64,000 bases of DNA, from NCBI RefSeq assembly GCF_056746865.1, contig NZ_CM163382.1, one strand, 5' to 3'. Each line of letters starts with the position of its first letter. Positions within the stretch are counted from its first letter, which is position 1. The position numbers and the translations under genes are program-made. A model generated the notes under the pieces. The model saw only the letters and a program-made list of their open reading frames with translations. It did not search any database and was not told the DNA's origin. Shown piece by piece: positions 23,485 to 34,679 of this stretch.

Positions 23485-24564
23485 TTAACTGTTCAAATCA
23501 GAAGTCGTATTCCCCGGTAGAACAATATTACTGGCAGCAAGTTCGCCCATGTTGTTATATATCGCACAGGCAGCTTCGATGATGGGCATCGCCAGAGCTG
23601 CGCCACTCCCCTCACCTAAACGCATCTCCATATTGAGATAAGGCTCCAGCCCCAAATGCGACAGCGCAATACGCGCCCCTTTTTCTGCCGACAGGTGAGA
23701 AGGAATGAGATACGGTTTGATTGCAGGAGACATCTGGCAGGCTGCGAGCGCGGCAGCATAAGAAAGAAATCCATCCAGCAACACGGGTAAACCGCAGGAA
23801 GCAGCGCCTAACATCACGCCAGCCATTCCGACCAAATCAAATCCACCCACTTTTGCCAGGACATCAACGCCATCCTGCGGATTTGGTTGATTCAACGTAA
23901 TCGCCCGGCGCACAACATCAATTTTATTAGCCAGTTTATCTGTCGGCAGGTTTGCGCCAATCCCAACCACTTCTTCAGGATCCCGGCCAGTGATTGTGCT
24001 GACTATTGCCGCTGCCGGTGTCGTGTTTGCCATCCCCAGTTCACCTACACCAAACAGCGTGACACCGTTTTTTGCCAGCTCCCGCGTATAACATATGACG
24101 TCCAAAAGCAACTTTTCAGCCTGACGGCGACTCATTGCCGGAGCTGAAGCAATATTGCCGCTACCTCGTGCGACACGCATGTTGATAAGCCCGGGGATAG
24201 GCTCAGCACTATCAATACCAACATCAACTACGTGGACGTTAGCGCCCGCTTGTGCTGCCAGCACACACACGCCGGTTGTTCCGCGGGTCATATTTTCAGC
24301 CTGAATGGCTGTCACTTCTTTTGGGGAAATAGCGACCCCTTCCTCCCAGACGCCGTGATCGGCACACATAACCAGTACCGCTTTTTTGCCCACATGCGGT
24401 ATGCCATTCAACCCCGGCATTCCCGCCAGTTGTATGGCAAGCGCCTCCAGCCTTCCCAGGCTACCAACAGGTTTGAGTAACCCGTCAATATGCCGTTGTG
24501 CACGCGACATAGCGGCAGGATCGATAGCAGGGATCGTATTCAGTAAATCGGCAAGTGTTTGCAT
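23485..24564 (-). CDS. cobT: nicotinate-nucleotide--dimethylbenzimidazole phosphoribosyltransferase
   Basis: 359-aa ORF; synteny with cobS/cobU. Confidence 0.88.
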   Translation of the reverse strand: MQTLADLLNTIPAIDPAAMSRAQRHIDGLLKPVGSLGRLEALAIQLAGMPGLNGIPHVGKKAVLVMCADHGVWEEGVAISPKEVTAIQAENMTRGTTGVCVLAAQAGANVHVVDVGIDSAEPIPGLINMRVARGSGNIASAPAMSRRQAEKLLLDVICYTRELAKNGVTLFGVGELGMANTTPAAAIVSTITGRDPEEVVGIGANLPTDKLANKIDVVRRAITLNQPNPQDGVDVLAKVGGFDLVGMAGVMLGAASCGLPVLLDGFLSYAAALAACQMSPAIKPYLIPSHLSAEKGARIALSHLGLEPYLNMEMRLGEGSGAALAMPIIEAACAIYNNMGELAASNIVLPGNTTSDLNS

Positions 24565-24575
24565 GTCACGTCTCT

Positions 24576-25319
24576 TTATAGCAGTGCCAGCAGGAAGACC
24601 AGTTCACCAAGCTCTATAGCAGCTCCCAGCGTATCGCCGGTTTGCCCGCCCAGCGTACGTTTGAGAAGCTGACCGAGGATGAAAATCGCCACCATCGTCA
24701 CCACCATAGCAGCCACACCATGCATACCCGGCAATAATACGGCAGCAAAAATAGCGGCTAAGCCGAGTGTGACGCAGGTTTGTCGCCCATCAATTTTGCC
24801 AATGAACACATTGCCAAGCCCTTCTTCCCGCGCATAACGATGACGATACATCAATAATGCGGCAGTCCCGCGGCTGACCGCACATGCTGCCGCCAGCGAT
24901 GCAAGGATCGGTTCGCCACGCAGAGCCAACTCGCTTAATACCAGAATCTTTGCCAGTACAACAAAAATCAATGCCAGACCGCCATGGGTGCCTAAACGGC
25001 TATCACGCATGATTTCCAACATGCGATCGCGGCTACGTGCAGAAAATACGCCATCACAGGTATCGGCGAGGCCGTCCAGGTGGAATCCCCCGGTCATCAG
25101 CGCCAGCACAAGTACGCTAAACAGTGCCGCCAGTGGTACGCCACACCATGCCTGCAGCACCATGAAGACCAGCCCGCTAATCGCGCCAAGCAATAATCCA
25201 ATTAAAGGAAAAGTAATAATACCGCGAGAATAATGCTCGAAATCCAGTCCCTGGGACCAGCGACGCGGTACAGGCAGACGCGTAATAAATGAGAGCATCG
25301 CCCAAAATAATTTACTCAT
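24576..25319 (-). CDS. cobS: cobalamin 5'-phosphate synthase
   Basis: ORF 24576..25355; start at [11 protein letters not shown]; polytopic membrane protein; start overlaps cobU stop. Confidence 0.88.
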
Positions 25320-25861
25320 TTGATTTTTACTCCAATACCCGAAACCACCAGCCATACTTCATTTGCCGCAGCGGCCAACTGCTGATTTACCCGCCCGGCA
25401 ATATCACGAAAATGTCGTGCCAGACGACTCTCCGGCACAATCCCCATTCCCACTTCGTTAGTCACTAATACAACCTTTGCGGGGCAACGTTGGCAGGCAG
25501 CAATCAACGACTGAATCTCAGCATTAATCGCCTGTTCCATCGCCTGATAATCCCATTCATCAGGGTCTTTATCGCCGCCATAATCAAACAACAGATTAGT
25601 CACCATTGTGGTAACGCATTCCAGCAACACAACCTCATTCGGGTTAATGTCTGCATGAATTAATTCATCAAGATGTTGCCAGCGCTCCACTGTGCGCCAG
25701 TGCTCCGGGCGGCCTTGCCGATGATGTTCTATCCGTGCAGCCATCTCATCATCAAGGATTTGCGAGGTAGCGATATACAGAACCTGTGAAGAGTCCCCAA
25801 TAAGCGCCTCTGCGTGGCGACTCTTCCCGCTCCGTGCGCCCCCCGTCACCAAAATCATCAT
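25316..25861 (-). CDS. cobU: adenosylcobinamide kinase / adenosylcobinamide-phosphate guanylyltransferase
   Basis: 181-aa ORF with P-loop GGARSGKS. Confidence 0.9.
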
Positions 25862-27134
25862 ACCGACTCCTGATTCAAATGTATGATGGTATTCATTGAA
25901 CAGAACAATGGATCCCCCACCGTTGCTGACCGCAAAACATTTACGCGATTAATACTGCGCGTAATATAATTAAAAATCCAGCATTCTCAATCCATTACGA
26001 AATAAGATGGCATTACGGAATAGCCAGACTTTCTCGTGTTAACGTCCGACAAAATGTGTCATTGACAGCGGTTTCTGTGGATTGACACATTTCATTCAGA
26101 TAATGAATTAATGCTACTGCCGGACCAACCAGCAAACGGGCATTGTGTTCTGAAATCCAGGCTATTGATTCAACGTCAGCGACAGTTCTGCGCTGTAAAA
26201 GAACTTGTAAAACAACGCAATAGAATTATCCGGAATGGTGGCGACTATGCACTAGAACACCACAATTTCGCTCTCTCGGTAAGGCACTGTCACAGCATTC
26301 AACAGAATGTGACTTGCCAGATTTATTAGCGCCACCAGATGTTTAACCGGGTAACCACGACCCAGTCGGGGATATATTCCATCTTCTCGCTGACATCATC
26401 AAGAATAAAAAGGTTTATCACACTCAGAGCAACGTTCTTCAGCAGGCGGGATAATTCTTCAACATTTAAAAGATGTGTTATTAAAGGCATACAAACTGGA
26501 CGTATTGTATTTTCTTTTGGTGGTTGACCTAAGGTAGCAGTTTATCCTGATGCGCTGAGATTTCTGTAATATCTACGTCAACATTCTCCTCGAATAGAAA
26601 ATGCAGCCCCGGCAAGTGATTCACATTTTTTAACAAAACGTTGTTAGCGTGCCATTTTCAGAAGCTCTCCAAGAAAGCGAATTCTTTTCTCAAATTCTGC
26701 ATTCTCAGACACAGCTTTCTACTCCATGGCAATGGCCCAAATACGAAGTTGCTCAGGATCATTAGTGGTGCTGAGAAGTTAAATAACCATGCGGAGTACC
26801 ACTCGTCATCACGTATTTATATATCATGAAGCTATTGTTGTGTTTTGTACATCAGTAGATGTATTCTGATATACTCCTTTTGCTAGACATAACCTTTCAC
26901 CTGCTTGCAAAGCTTCTGTGTTCTGACATTGCCAAATTGTTGCAATTCTGTATCCAGCCTTCTTTCAGTCATAGCTTCGGGCCGCGATAAGACTCACTGA
27001 TCTGACCCTGATTCCTCTTGCAGACTTTATAGACCAATTAAAATGCAGTTTCTGCAGGTCAACGTCTGACCATCATTGTCATCACTCTGGCCATTAGAGT
27101 AACCTTCTGCATTCATCCTTTTGTAAAAAGTTTA

Positions 27135-27590
27135 TAGACTGGCCCCCTGAATCTCCAGACAACCAATATCACTTAAATAAGTGATAGTCCTGATACAAGT
27201 TTTTAGAGTAGTCATTAGTGAACAGATAATTGTTAACTTAGAACCAGTAAAATGCAAACGACGCACCACGCTGGGAAAATCGCTGCTATTCAGCAGAGTT
27301 TTGTACCGAGAATTGTGGCCAGCCACTTATTGCTCTCGCGTAAGCAGGTATCCCCATCGTTTACCAGTCCAGCACATCTTGTGGTCAGGCAGAAGAAGAG
27401 CAAACTGTTACTGGACTCACTGCATGCATGGTGGAGAAAAATGCCACGCTATCCAAAAATCCAGACTGGGAGAATGGTTCAGCTGTGTACTGAATCAGTG
27501 GGGCGCACTCTGTTATTACAGTGTTGACGGTCAGGCGGAGGCAGACATAATGCCGCGGAAAAAGCCCTTTGTGCCATCTGTCTCGGAAAT
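27135..27590 (+). mobile_element. IS2-group (IS3 family) left-end remnant
   Basis: first ~55 bp (TAGACTGGCCCCCTGAATCTCCAGACAACCAATATCACTTAAATAAGTGATAGTC) nearly identical to the IS2 end at 12468..12522, then a diverged OrfA-like reading frame. Confidence 0.55.
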
Positions 27591-27805
27591 AAAAACTTTA
27601 TGTTCTTCGGCGGCGAGCGCAGTGCACTGTTGTATGGGCTTATCGGCACTTGCCTTCTGAACGACATTGATCCGGAAGCGTATCTGCGCCATATCCTGAG
27701 CGTACTGCCGGAATAACCTTCCAACCGTATTGATGAACTCCTGCCATGGAACGTAGTTCTCACCAATAAATAAGCATCAATATGATTCTCCATTAACGCT
27801 TACCT
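27590..27805 (+). mobile_element. IS66-family right-end fragment (3' end of tnpC plus terminal repeat)
   Basis: encodes ...LLYGLIGTCLLNDIDPEAYLRHILSVLPE*PSNRIDELLPWNVVLTNK; ends in CGCTTAC (reverse of the GTAAGCG IS66 terminus). Confidence 0.55.
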
Positions 27806-27911
27806 TTTCTCAGGCTATTTTTGCTTTTTTTTGCTTTTCCCCGCCACTTTATGGTGATTATCACATCAATATACATCGATAGATATTAACGTAACTGAAG
27901 TGAGGTGAAGC

Positions 27912-29126
27912 ATGAAATTTGAACGCCATCATGAAATATTGAAACGACTCAGTAAATTCGGTTCTGTAAAAGTATCCGATCTGTCCAATAGCCTCAATGT
28001 AACGAAAGAAACTATTAGTTCAGATCTTAATGAACTTGCCAGGCTTGGCTATCTGACTCGATGTCATGGCGGTGCTTTTATCGTCCTAGACTCGCTTGAT
28101 ACTATTGCGAAAAATGAAATCGCTTATGCGCTTGAAAATTATGATACAGCCCAGGGAATAAAAAAAGGCCACTCAACTATGAAAAGTCAAGTATGCGTTA
28201 TTGGTTCGTTTAATGTTGATATCATCAGTTATTTGCCGAGGCTTCCCACTATCGGAGAATCGCTTCTGGCAAGTAATTTTATATTTTCACCGGGGGGAAA
28301 AGGCTGTAACCAGGCGCTGGCAGCAAGCTTTGCCGATACTGATGTTTATTTCATAACAAAAGTAGGTACAGATCACTTTAGTGATTATGCGATCAACTTT
28401 ATGAATTCGTCTAAGATTTATAAAAGTATAATTTATCAAACGAAAGAAACGCAAACCGGAACTGCCACGATCCTTGTTAATGAAGGTACTGGCGATAATG
28501 TTATTGCGATCTATCCCGGTGCCAACATGACAATGTCGTCCGATGAAATAACTATTCAGAAAGAAGCGATTATTAATTCTGATGTCATACTTCTGCAGCT
28601 CGAAACAAATTATACCGCTCTGCAACAAGCGATCACATTGGCGCAAAAAAACAGTATCCCGGTCATTATTAACCCGGCACCCTATAATGATATCGTCAAC
28701 GAACTTATTCAGGATGTTGATTATATCACCCCCAATGAAACAGAAGCTGGTTTACTGTCCGGCATAGACGTACACGATCTTGAATCAGCTAAACGAGCTG
28801 CAGAAGCTATCCACAATAAAGGGGTAAAAAACACGGTTATCACGCTCGGTAGCAAGGGCTCGCTCGCATTTGATGGCAAAAAATTCATTCATTCGCCAGC
28901 GTTTCCAGCGGTCGTTAAAAATACGGCAGGAGCCGGGGATGCGTTTAACGGCTCTCTGGCATCAGGACTTGCGAAAGGAAAATCACTGGAATCAGCACTG
29001 TGTTATGCCAGCGCCTTTGCATCCCTAGCGGTGGAGACAAGCAATGCTTCCGACATGCCTGAACATGAATCTGTGATACATCGAATTCAGAGTATACATT
29101 ATCAGCAAACTATTTTTACGCATTAA
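27912..29126 (+). CDS. DeoR-type HTH regulator fused to a PfkB-family carbohydrate kinase
   Basis: N-terminus SDLSNSLNVTKETISSDLNELARLGYLTRCHGGA (DeoR HTH); C-terminus with TPNETEAGLL and GAGDAFNG (PfkB signatures). Confidence 0.75.
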   Translation: MKFERHHEILKRLSKFGSVKVSDLSNSLNVTKETISSDLNELARLGYLTRCHGGAFIVLDSLDTIAKNEIAYALENYDTAQGIKKGHSTMKSQVCVIGSFNVDIISYLPRLPTIGESLLASNFIFSPGGKGCNQALAASFADTDVYFITKVGTDHFSDYAINFMNSSKIYKSIIYQTKETQTGTATILVNEGTGDNVIAIYPGANMTMSSDEITIQKEAIINSDVILLQLETNYTALQQAITLAQKNSIPVIINPAPYNDIVNELIQDVDYITPNETEAGLLSGIDVHDLESAKRAAEAIHNKGVKNTVITLGSKGSLAFDGKKFIHSPAFPAVVKNTAGAGDAFNGSLASGLAKGKSLESALCYASAFASLAVETSNASDMPEHESVIHRIQSIHYQQTIFTH

Positions 29127-29139
29127 GAAGGGACAGAGA

Positions 29140-29898
29140 ATGAATAACACCAAAAAATCACTAAAAGTGCTCTTTATTGGGGAATCCTGGCATATTCATA
29201 TGATTCATTCAAAAGGATATGACAGTTTTACCTCAAGTAAATATGAAGAAGGTGCGACCTGGTTACTCCAGTGTCTGAAAAATAGTCAGGTAGATGTCAC
29301 CTATATGCCAGCACATACGGTACAAATTGCCTTCCCTGAAGATGTGGCACAGTTAGAACAATATGATGCCATCGTTATTAGTGATATTGGTAGTAATACT
29401 TTCCTGCTACAAAATGATACTTTTTATCAGCTTCGCATAAAACCAAACGCTCTCGAACTGATTAAAGAATATGTGAATAACGGTGGTGGGTTATTGATGA
29501 TTGGCGGCTATCTCTCATTCATGGGAATTGAAGCAAAAGCCAATTATAAAAATACAGTTCTGGCTGATGTGCTCCCGGTTACGATGTTAGATGGTGACGA
29601 TCGTGTCGAAAAACCAGAGGGTGTTATTGCACAGCCATCACAACCTGAACATCCAGTTATTAAAGGGTTCTCTGAATATCCTTTTTTCCTAGGTTATAAC
29701 CGGGCGATCGCTAAAGAAAATGCTGAGGTGGTATTAACAATAAACAACGCTCCATTACTGGTCTTTGGTAACTATCACAACGGGAAAATAGCCTGCTTTA
29801 TGAGTGACTGTTCACCGCACTGGGGTACACAGCAGTTTATGTCCTGGCCGTTCTATACCGCGTTGTGGGTAAATATACTGACTCATATTGCAAGATAA
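29140..29898 (+). CDS. hypothetical protein, possibly class-I glutamine-amidotransferase-like (ThuA-like) fold
   Basis: 252-aa ORF 14 nt after the kinase stop; fold assignment is tentative, from memory only. Confidence 0.5.
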   Translation: MNNTKKSLKVLFIGESWHIHMIHSKGYDSFTSSKYEEGATWLLQCLKNSQVDVTYMPAHTVQIAFPEDVAQLEQYDAIVISDIGSNTFLLQNDTFYQLRIKPNALELIKEYVNNGGGLLMIGGYLSFMGIEAKANYKNTVLADVLPVTMLDGDDRVEKPEGVIAQPSQPEHPVIKGFSEYPFFLGYNRAIAKENAEVVLTINNAPLLVFGNYHNGKIACFMSDCSPHWGTQQFMSWPFYTALWVNILTHIAR

Positions 29899-29954
29899 TA
29901 ATAATAATGGGGTAACTCCAGTTACTCCATTTACTATAATAGAAGGATTGATGT

Positions 29955-30920
29955 ATGAAAAAGAATAAGTACTCAACTCCCTTATGGATGCTTGCCACGA
30001 TTCTTGCGGGTATGCTCTCCCCTATGCAATCAGCGGTGAATGGTCAATTAGGTCACTGGTTACAGGACGGTAATGCATGCGCAGTTATCTCCTTTGCCAG
30101 TGGTTTAGTCGTGATGTTTTTTATTATTATGGCGCGAAAAGAAACCCGGCAACAATTTGCGGCAATTCCTTCTCTGATTAAAAACCGAAAAGTTCCTCTC
30201 TGGAACTGGTTTGCCGGTCTCTGTGGAGCGATGGTGGTATTTTCTGAAGGCGCATCAGCCAGCGCACTCGGGGTCGCAACGTTTCAGACCGCACTGATCT
30301 CCGCGCTATTGCTGTCTGGTTTACTTTGCGATCGCTTTGGTATCGGTGTCGACGAGAAAAAATACTTTACCCCTTATCGCATCATCGGTGCATTATTTGC
30401 GGTTATTGCTACGATTTTTGTTGTGTCACCGCAGTGGCATTCTACCTCTTTCATTTTACTTGCCATTCTTCCGTTCTTAGCTGGTTTGCTTGCAGGATGG
30501 CAGCCCGCTGGAAATGCAAAAGTAGCTGAAGCTACGGGATCCATGCTGGTTTCAATCACCTGGAATTTCATCGTTGGATTTTGTGTTTTAGGCACAGCGC
30601 TAGCTATTCGTGTCGCATTAGGGCACGTCACTGTTCAATTACCAGATGTCTGGTGGATGTATCTTGGCGGCCCGCTTGGACTAATGTCTATCGGTTTAAT
30701 GGCCATTTTGGTCAGAGGTCTTGGGTTACTGATGCTGGGGGTTGCTTCAACGGCGGGCCAGTTACTGGGATCAGTATTGATTGACGTATTAATTCCATCG
30801 CTGGGCAATACCGTTTATCTGGTCACGATCATCGGAACACTGTTTGCACTGGTCGGTGCAATTGTTACCACTATTCCGGAATACAGAGCCTCGAAAACAA
30901 TGAAGAAAATGGAGGTATAA
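29955..30920 (+). CDS. DMT-superfamily membrane transporter (YdcZ/DUF606-like)
   Basis: 321-aa ORF, about 10 TM helices, internally duplicated halves. Confidence 0.6.
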   Translation: MKKNKYSTPLWMLATILAGMLSPMQSAVNGQLGHWLQDGNACAVISFASGLVVMFFIIMARKETRQQFAAIPSLIKNRKVPLWNWFAGLCGAMVVFSEGASASALGVATFQTALISALLLSGLLCDRFGIGVDEKKYFTPYRIIGALFAVIATIFVVSPQWHSTSFILLAILPFLAGLLAGWQPAGNAKVAEATGSMLVSITWNFIVGFCVLGTALAIRVALGHVTVQLPDVWWMYLGGPLGLMSIGLMAILVRGLGLLMLGVASTAGQLLGSVLIDVLIPSLGNTVYLVTIIGTLFALVGAIVTTIPEYRASKTMKKMEV

Positions 30921-30922
30921 TC

Positions 30923-31957
30923 ATGAAAGATTATCTACAAACTGTGACGGGCCCCGTCGCCCGTGAAGATATGGGGCTAACACTTCCTCATGAACATCTG
31001 TTCAACGATCTTTCCTCTGTTGTGGATGCTCCTTGCTATCCTTTTTCACAACGGCTTGTTGATAAAAAAGTCACGGCAGAAATCCAGTGGGCATTAAAAC
31101 ACGATCCTTATTGCTGCGCTGATAATATGGACCGCAAACCTATTGAAGATGTGATCTTCGAAATTAATAACTTTATCTCGCTCGGTGGTCGCACCATTGT
31201 TGATGCCACAGGGTCTGAGTCTATCGGACGAGATGCGCAGGCATTACGAGAAGTCGCATTAAAAACAGGTCTGAATATTGTTGCTTCCTCCGGTCCCTAC
31301 CTGGAAAAATTTGAAAGCCAGAGAATTCATAAAACGGTTGATGAACTGGCGACAACGATCGATAAAGAATTGAATCAAGGGATTGGCGATACGGATATTC
31401 GTGCCGGAATGATCGGTGAAATAGGTGTCTCACCGACATTTACCGAAGCCGAGCATAACAGCTTGCGGGCTGCCTCGCTGGCACAGATTAACAATCCTCA
31501 TGTGGCGATGAATATTCACATGCCGGGCTGGCTTCGTCGCGGTGATGAAGTACTCGACATTGTGTTAGGTGAAATGGGCGTCTCGCCAAATAAAGTCTCT
31601 CTCGCACACTCGGATCCGTCAGGAAAAGACGTGGCGTATCAGCGGAAAATGCTTGATAAAGGTGTCTGGCTGGAATTCGACATGATTGGCCTAGACATTA
31701 CCTTCCCGAAAGAGGGAATAGCGCCAGGGGTGCAGGAGACTGCCGATGCCGTCGCTCATCTCATTGAGTTGGGATACGCCGATCAGCTTGTTCTCAGCCA
31801 CGATGTCTTCCTTAAACAAATGTGGGCTAAAAATGGCGGTAATGGCTGGGGATTTGTTCCAGATGTTTTTCTGGCCTATCTGGCGGAGCGCGGCGTCGAT
31901 AAAACGATCCTCAAAAAACTCTGTATCGATAATCCCGGACGATTATTGACCGCATAA
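30923..31957 (+). CDS. phosphotriesterase-homology protein (amidohydrolase superfamily, Php-like)
   Basis: 344-aa ORF; metal-binding HEH at the N-terminus (LPHEHLF), later His/Asp ligands; start 3 nt after the transporter stop. Confidence 0.75.
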   Translation: MKDYLQTVTGPVAREDMGLTLPHEHLFNDLSSVVDAPCYPFSQRLVDKKVTAEIQWALKHDPYCCADNMDRKPIEDVIFEINNFISLGGRTIVDATGSESIGRDAQALREVALKTGLNIVASSGPYLEKFESQRIHKTVDELATTIDKELNQGIGDTDIRAGMIGEIGVSPTFTEAEHNSLRAASLAQINNPHVAMNIHMPGWLRRGDEVLDIVLGEMGVSPNKVSLAHSDPSGKDVAYQRKMLDKGVWLEFDMIGLDITFPKEGIAPGVQETADAVAHLIELGYADQLVLSHDVFLKQMWAKNGGNGWGFVPDVFLAYLAERGVDKTILKKLCIDNPGRLLTA

Positions 31958-31996
31958 AACCATTATCCCCCGGCACATTGCGCCGGGGGATGTCAA

Positions 31997-32335
31997 TTAA
32001 TACCCCGCCGTTAAATCATCCACCAAGCGCGAGTCGGATGCGCCGTACAACTCACCATCCGACCCAACCATAATGCTTTGCGTGCTGCCCATCGCCTCAT
32101 TCAGCGCCACTTTCTGACCTTTTGCTTCCAGCAGCTTGAGCGTATCCGGACTAAACCCTTTTCAACACGCAGCTCGTCCGGCAACCACTGATGGTGGAAA
32201 CGAGGCGCATTGGTCGCTTCGGCAACATTCATTCCACAATTGATGCTGTTCACCACCATTTGCGGCACGGTAGTGATGATCCAGCTACCGGTAACAAAGT
32301 GAGTACATAAAGGCCATACTGTCACGAACAGTGCA
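31997..32335 (-). pseudogene. ggt: gamma-glutamyltranspeptidase 3' fragment
   Basis: minus strand encodes ...TTVPQMVVNSINCGMNVAEATNAPRFHHQWLPDELRVEKG, then after a frameshift ...DSRLVDDLTAGY*. Confidence 0.7.
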
Positions 32336-32608
32336 AAAGTGGCTCTTCCTCAACCTAGGTGAAGATTTTCATGCCAGTGGACTCATTACCCTCCGCCTAA
32401 GTAGTTCAAGTCCGGCTCGACCATACATCTGGCGTATCAGCACCTTCAGGCGATTTACATGACCTTCGACAACACCAGTACTCCAGCGACTGCTGATTGC
32501 CTCACATATAGCCGCAGCATCAGCTTCCATCCCCGCAGCTACGCACCGAAGTTCTGCTGAGCCGCTTTCGTGGACCCGAGTGAACCAGCTGCTTAGCTGT
32601 GATTTATT

Positions 32609-33988
32609 TTAGGTTTTCAGAATACGGTAGAACTCGAGTACCAGTTGCTGCGCTATTTTCAACTCCGGTTCTTTTTCACACATCAGACTAATAAATCGGA
32701 AAGCATAATTTTCTTCACCCCTGATTATTCTCCAGGGCATCAACCAGCGGCTTACCCGTGACACTGAAGGAAGTCTTGCGGCAGTAGTAACCGGTGGGAT
32801 CCAGCCTTTATGCCATTTGGCAACAGCATCCCTGACGATGGTTTCACTGCCTGTAACCCCCCTGGCCACCATTTCCCGCCATATCCGGCCGGAGTTATAA
32901 TTACCACATTCTCGTTGCTCTTTTAACCACTCCCTCCATGGGTCCAGAAGCCCTCGCTTTGGAGGCCTGGTTGACATTTCAGGGAATGTTCCTGAACCCA
33001 CCCAGCGACTGACTGTCACTCGCGACAGGCCTGTAATACGGGATATTTCCCTGAAACTACATCCCTTGTTATGCAGGGCCATAACCTCTGTCCAACGCTG
33101 ATGCCGTTTTTTGCGGATGTGCTGTTTAAGGCGTTCCAGACGACGGAGCGATGCTACAGGCACAGATATTTCTGGCTCAGGTGATTTCTTCAGTGATAAC
33201 TCTCTGACAACAAGACGTATCAGAGGCATATGTCTGTACATCATTCGTTCAGGCTCATCACCAATATTTTTTAGCAGGTGCCATCGATCGGCCACCTGTC
33301 TGGCCTGAGGTGCACCTTCACGTGCTGCTGTCGCATAGACTCCACTGCGATCACGCGAGACAACCTGTATTTCCGGATATTTTCTGAACCAGGTCGCCAG
33401 CGTACGCTGATCACGGCCGGGAAGCAGGACGAGGGGACGGTGAGTATCAGGATTGACTATTAACATACCGCAGCAGTGGCCCCGATGCCACGCCCACTCA
33501 TCAATACCGACATGAGGCGCGCCTGACTGTTTCGTCTCCGGGGTATTGATAAGCCTGCGAAGAAGAGTATCAGCACTGCAACGGAGACCCACTGCCGTTG
33601 CAGCCCGTTTTCCAGCCTCACCTCCAGCTATTAATCCCAGTTGACGTTGTTAATTTTGTAACGCCTGTGAAGACTGCTGGTGTGAACTGGCGAAGGGAGC
33701 AAGCGACTCGGCAAAAATTTTACGTGAACAAGCCGGGTTACGGCAGTACCAGTGGCGGACGGAAAATACAAGCCATAGCGTCTGCCCTGAGCAGGGTAGA
33801 TGCTGTATCCGGCGCCGACGACAACTATGAACAGAGTCGCTACGCTTAAAGCATTCAGGACATTGTGCTGTTTTGCGTTTTCCGTGGAGATGGAGGGTTA
33901 TACCGTCAGAGCTAATAATTTGTCGACTGCATCGCCATCCGCAAGGTAACTGTAGAAGTGTCTTAAGAGAGTGCATTGCGTTGCCCAT
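32609..33988 (-). pseudogene. ISL3-family transposase, split by a frameshift
   Basis: ORF 33650..33988 has the zinc-ribbon N-terminus (LHLHGKRKTAQCPEC...HLPCSG...WYCRNPACSRKIFAE); ORF 32609..33592 has the DDE core (GIDEWAWHRGH...DRWHLLKN). Confidence 0.6.
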
Positions 33989-34271
33989 AACTTAAAACAG
34001 CTTAGATCCTTGTTCGCCAGAAAGTTTCATCCATTTTCTTCCACCCAGGTTGCGGAAGAACCACTTTTCATCCGTCGTTGACAGATGTGAAGTATGCGGG
34101 AGAAAAAGTGAATATCTAACTGTAATAACTCAGACCGGTACGAGTACTCGGGACGTCTACAATCATTCAGGGCAAAGTGCTAAAATTTCTCTATCCCGGG
34201 ATGCCCCTACCAACGCAGCACTCCCGGAGATATCATTACAGCTCTGCAACTGATTTCCGCGACTGAACCGC

Positions 34272-34679
34272 TCAGTTCCTATCCTTCCAGTTGCCCTCCT
34301 GCCCCCCCTCCCTGCTGTATACCCCGGTACCACAACTCGGGCAGCACTTTTCCCCCTCATAATTTTCGTCACACATCACACAAAACCACTTTCTCACCTT
34401 CACCGTATAATCCGGAACCGTCATACCCTGCAGATGCAAACGACGGGCCTCTTTCTCTGCCGGGTCAAGCCAGGTGCATCGCAGCAGGATTTTCTCAGCG
34501 ACAGTCATCTGGTCATGTTCAAACCACGGTGGTTGTCCGTCATTGCCCCGCTGAAGTGTTAACGGGCATCCACAGGACACACAGCACAAAACGTCCTGGC
34601 GGTTGTGCTTCGCTGCTTCTTTCGCCGTAACAAAATGGCCTTTGCTGTCATTCGCCATATAACAGTTCAGAATTCGCAT
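34272..34679 (-). CDS. Cys-rich hypothetical protein (paralog B of a tandem pair)
   Basis: 135 aa from ATG 34679 with AGGAGG RBS; same CxxC...PWFEH...CxxC layout; overlaps paralog A stop by 13 nt. Confidence 0.45.
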   Translation of the reverse strand: MRILNCYMANDSKGHFVTAKEAAKHNRQDVLCCVSCGCPLTLQRGNDGQPPWFEHDQMTVAEKILLRCTWLDPAEKEARRLHLQGMTVPDYTVKVRKWFCVMCDENYEGEKCCPSCGTGVYSREGGQEGNWKDRN

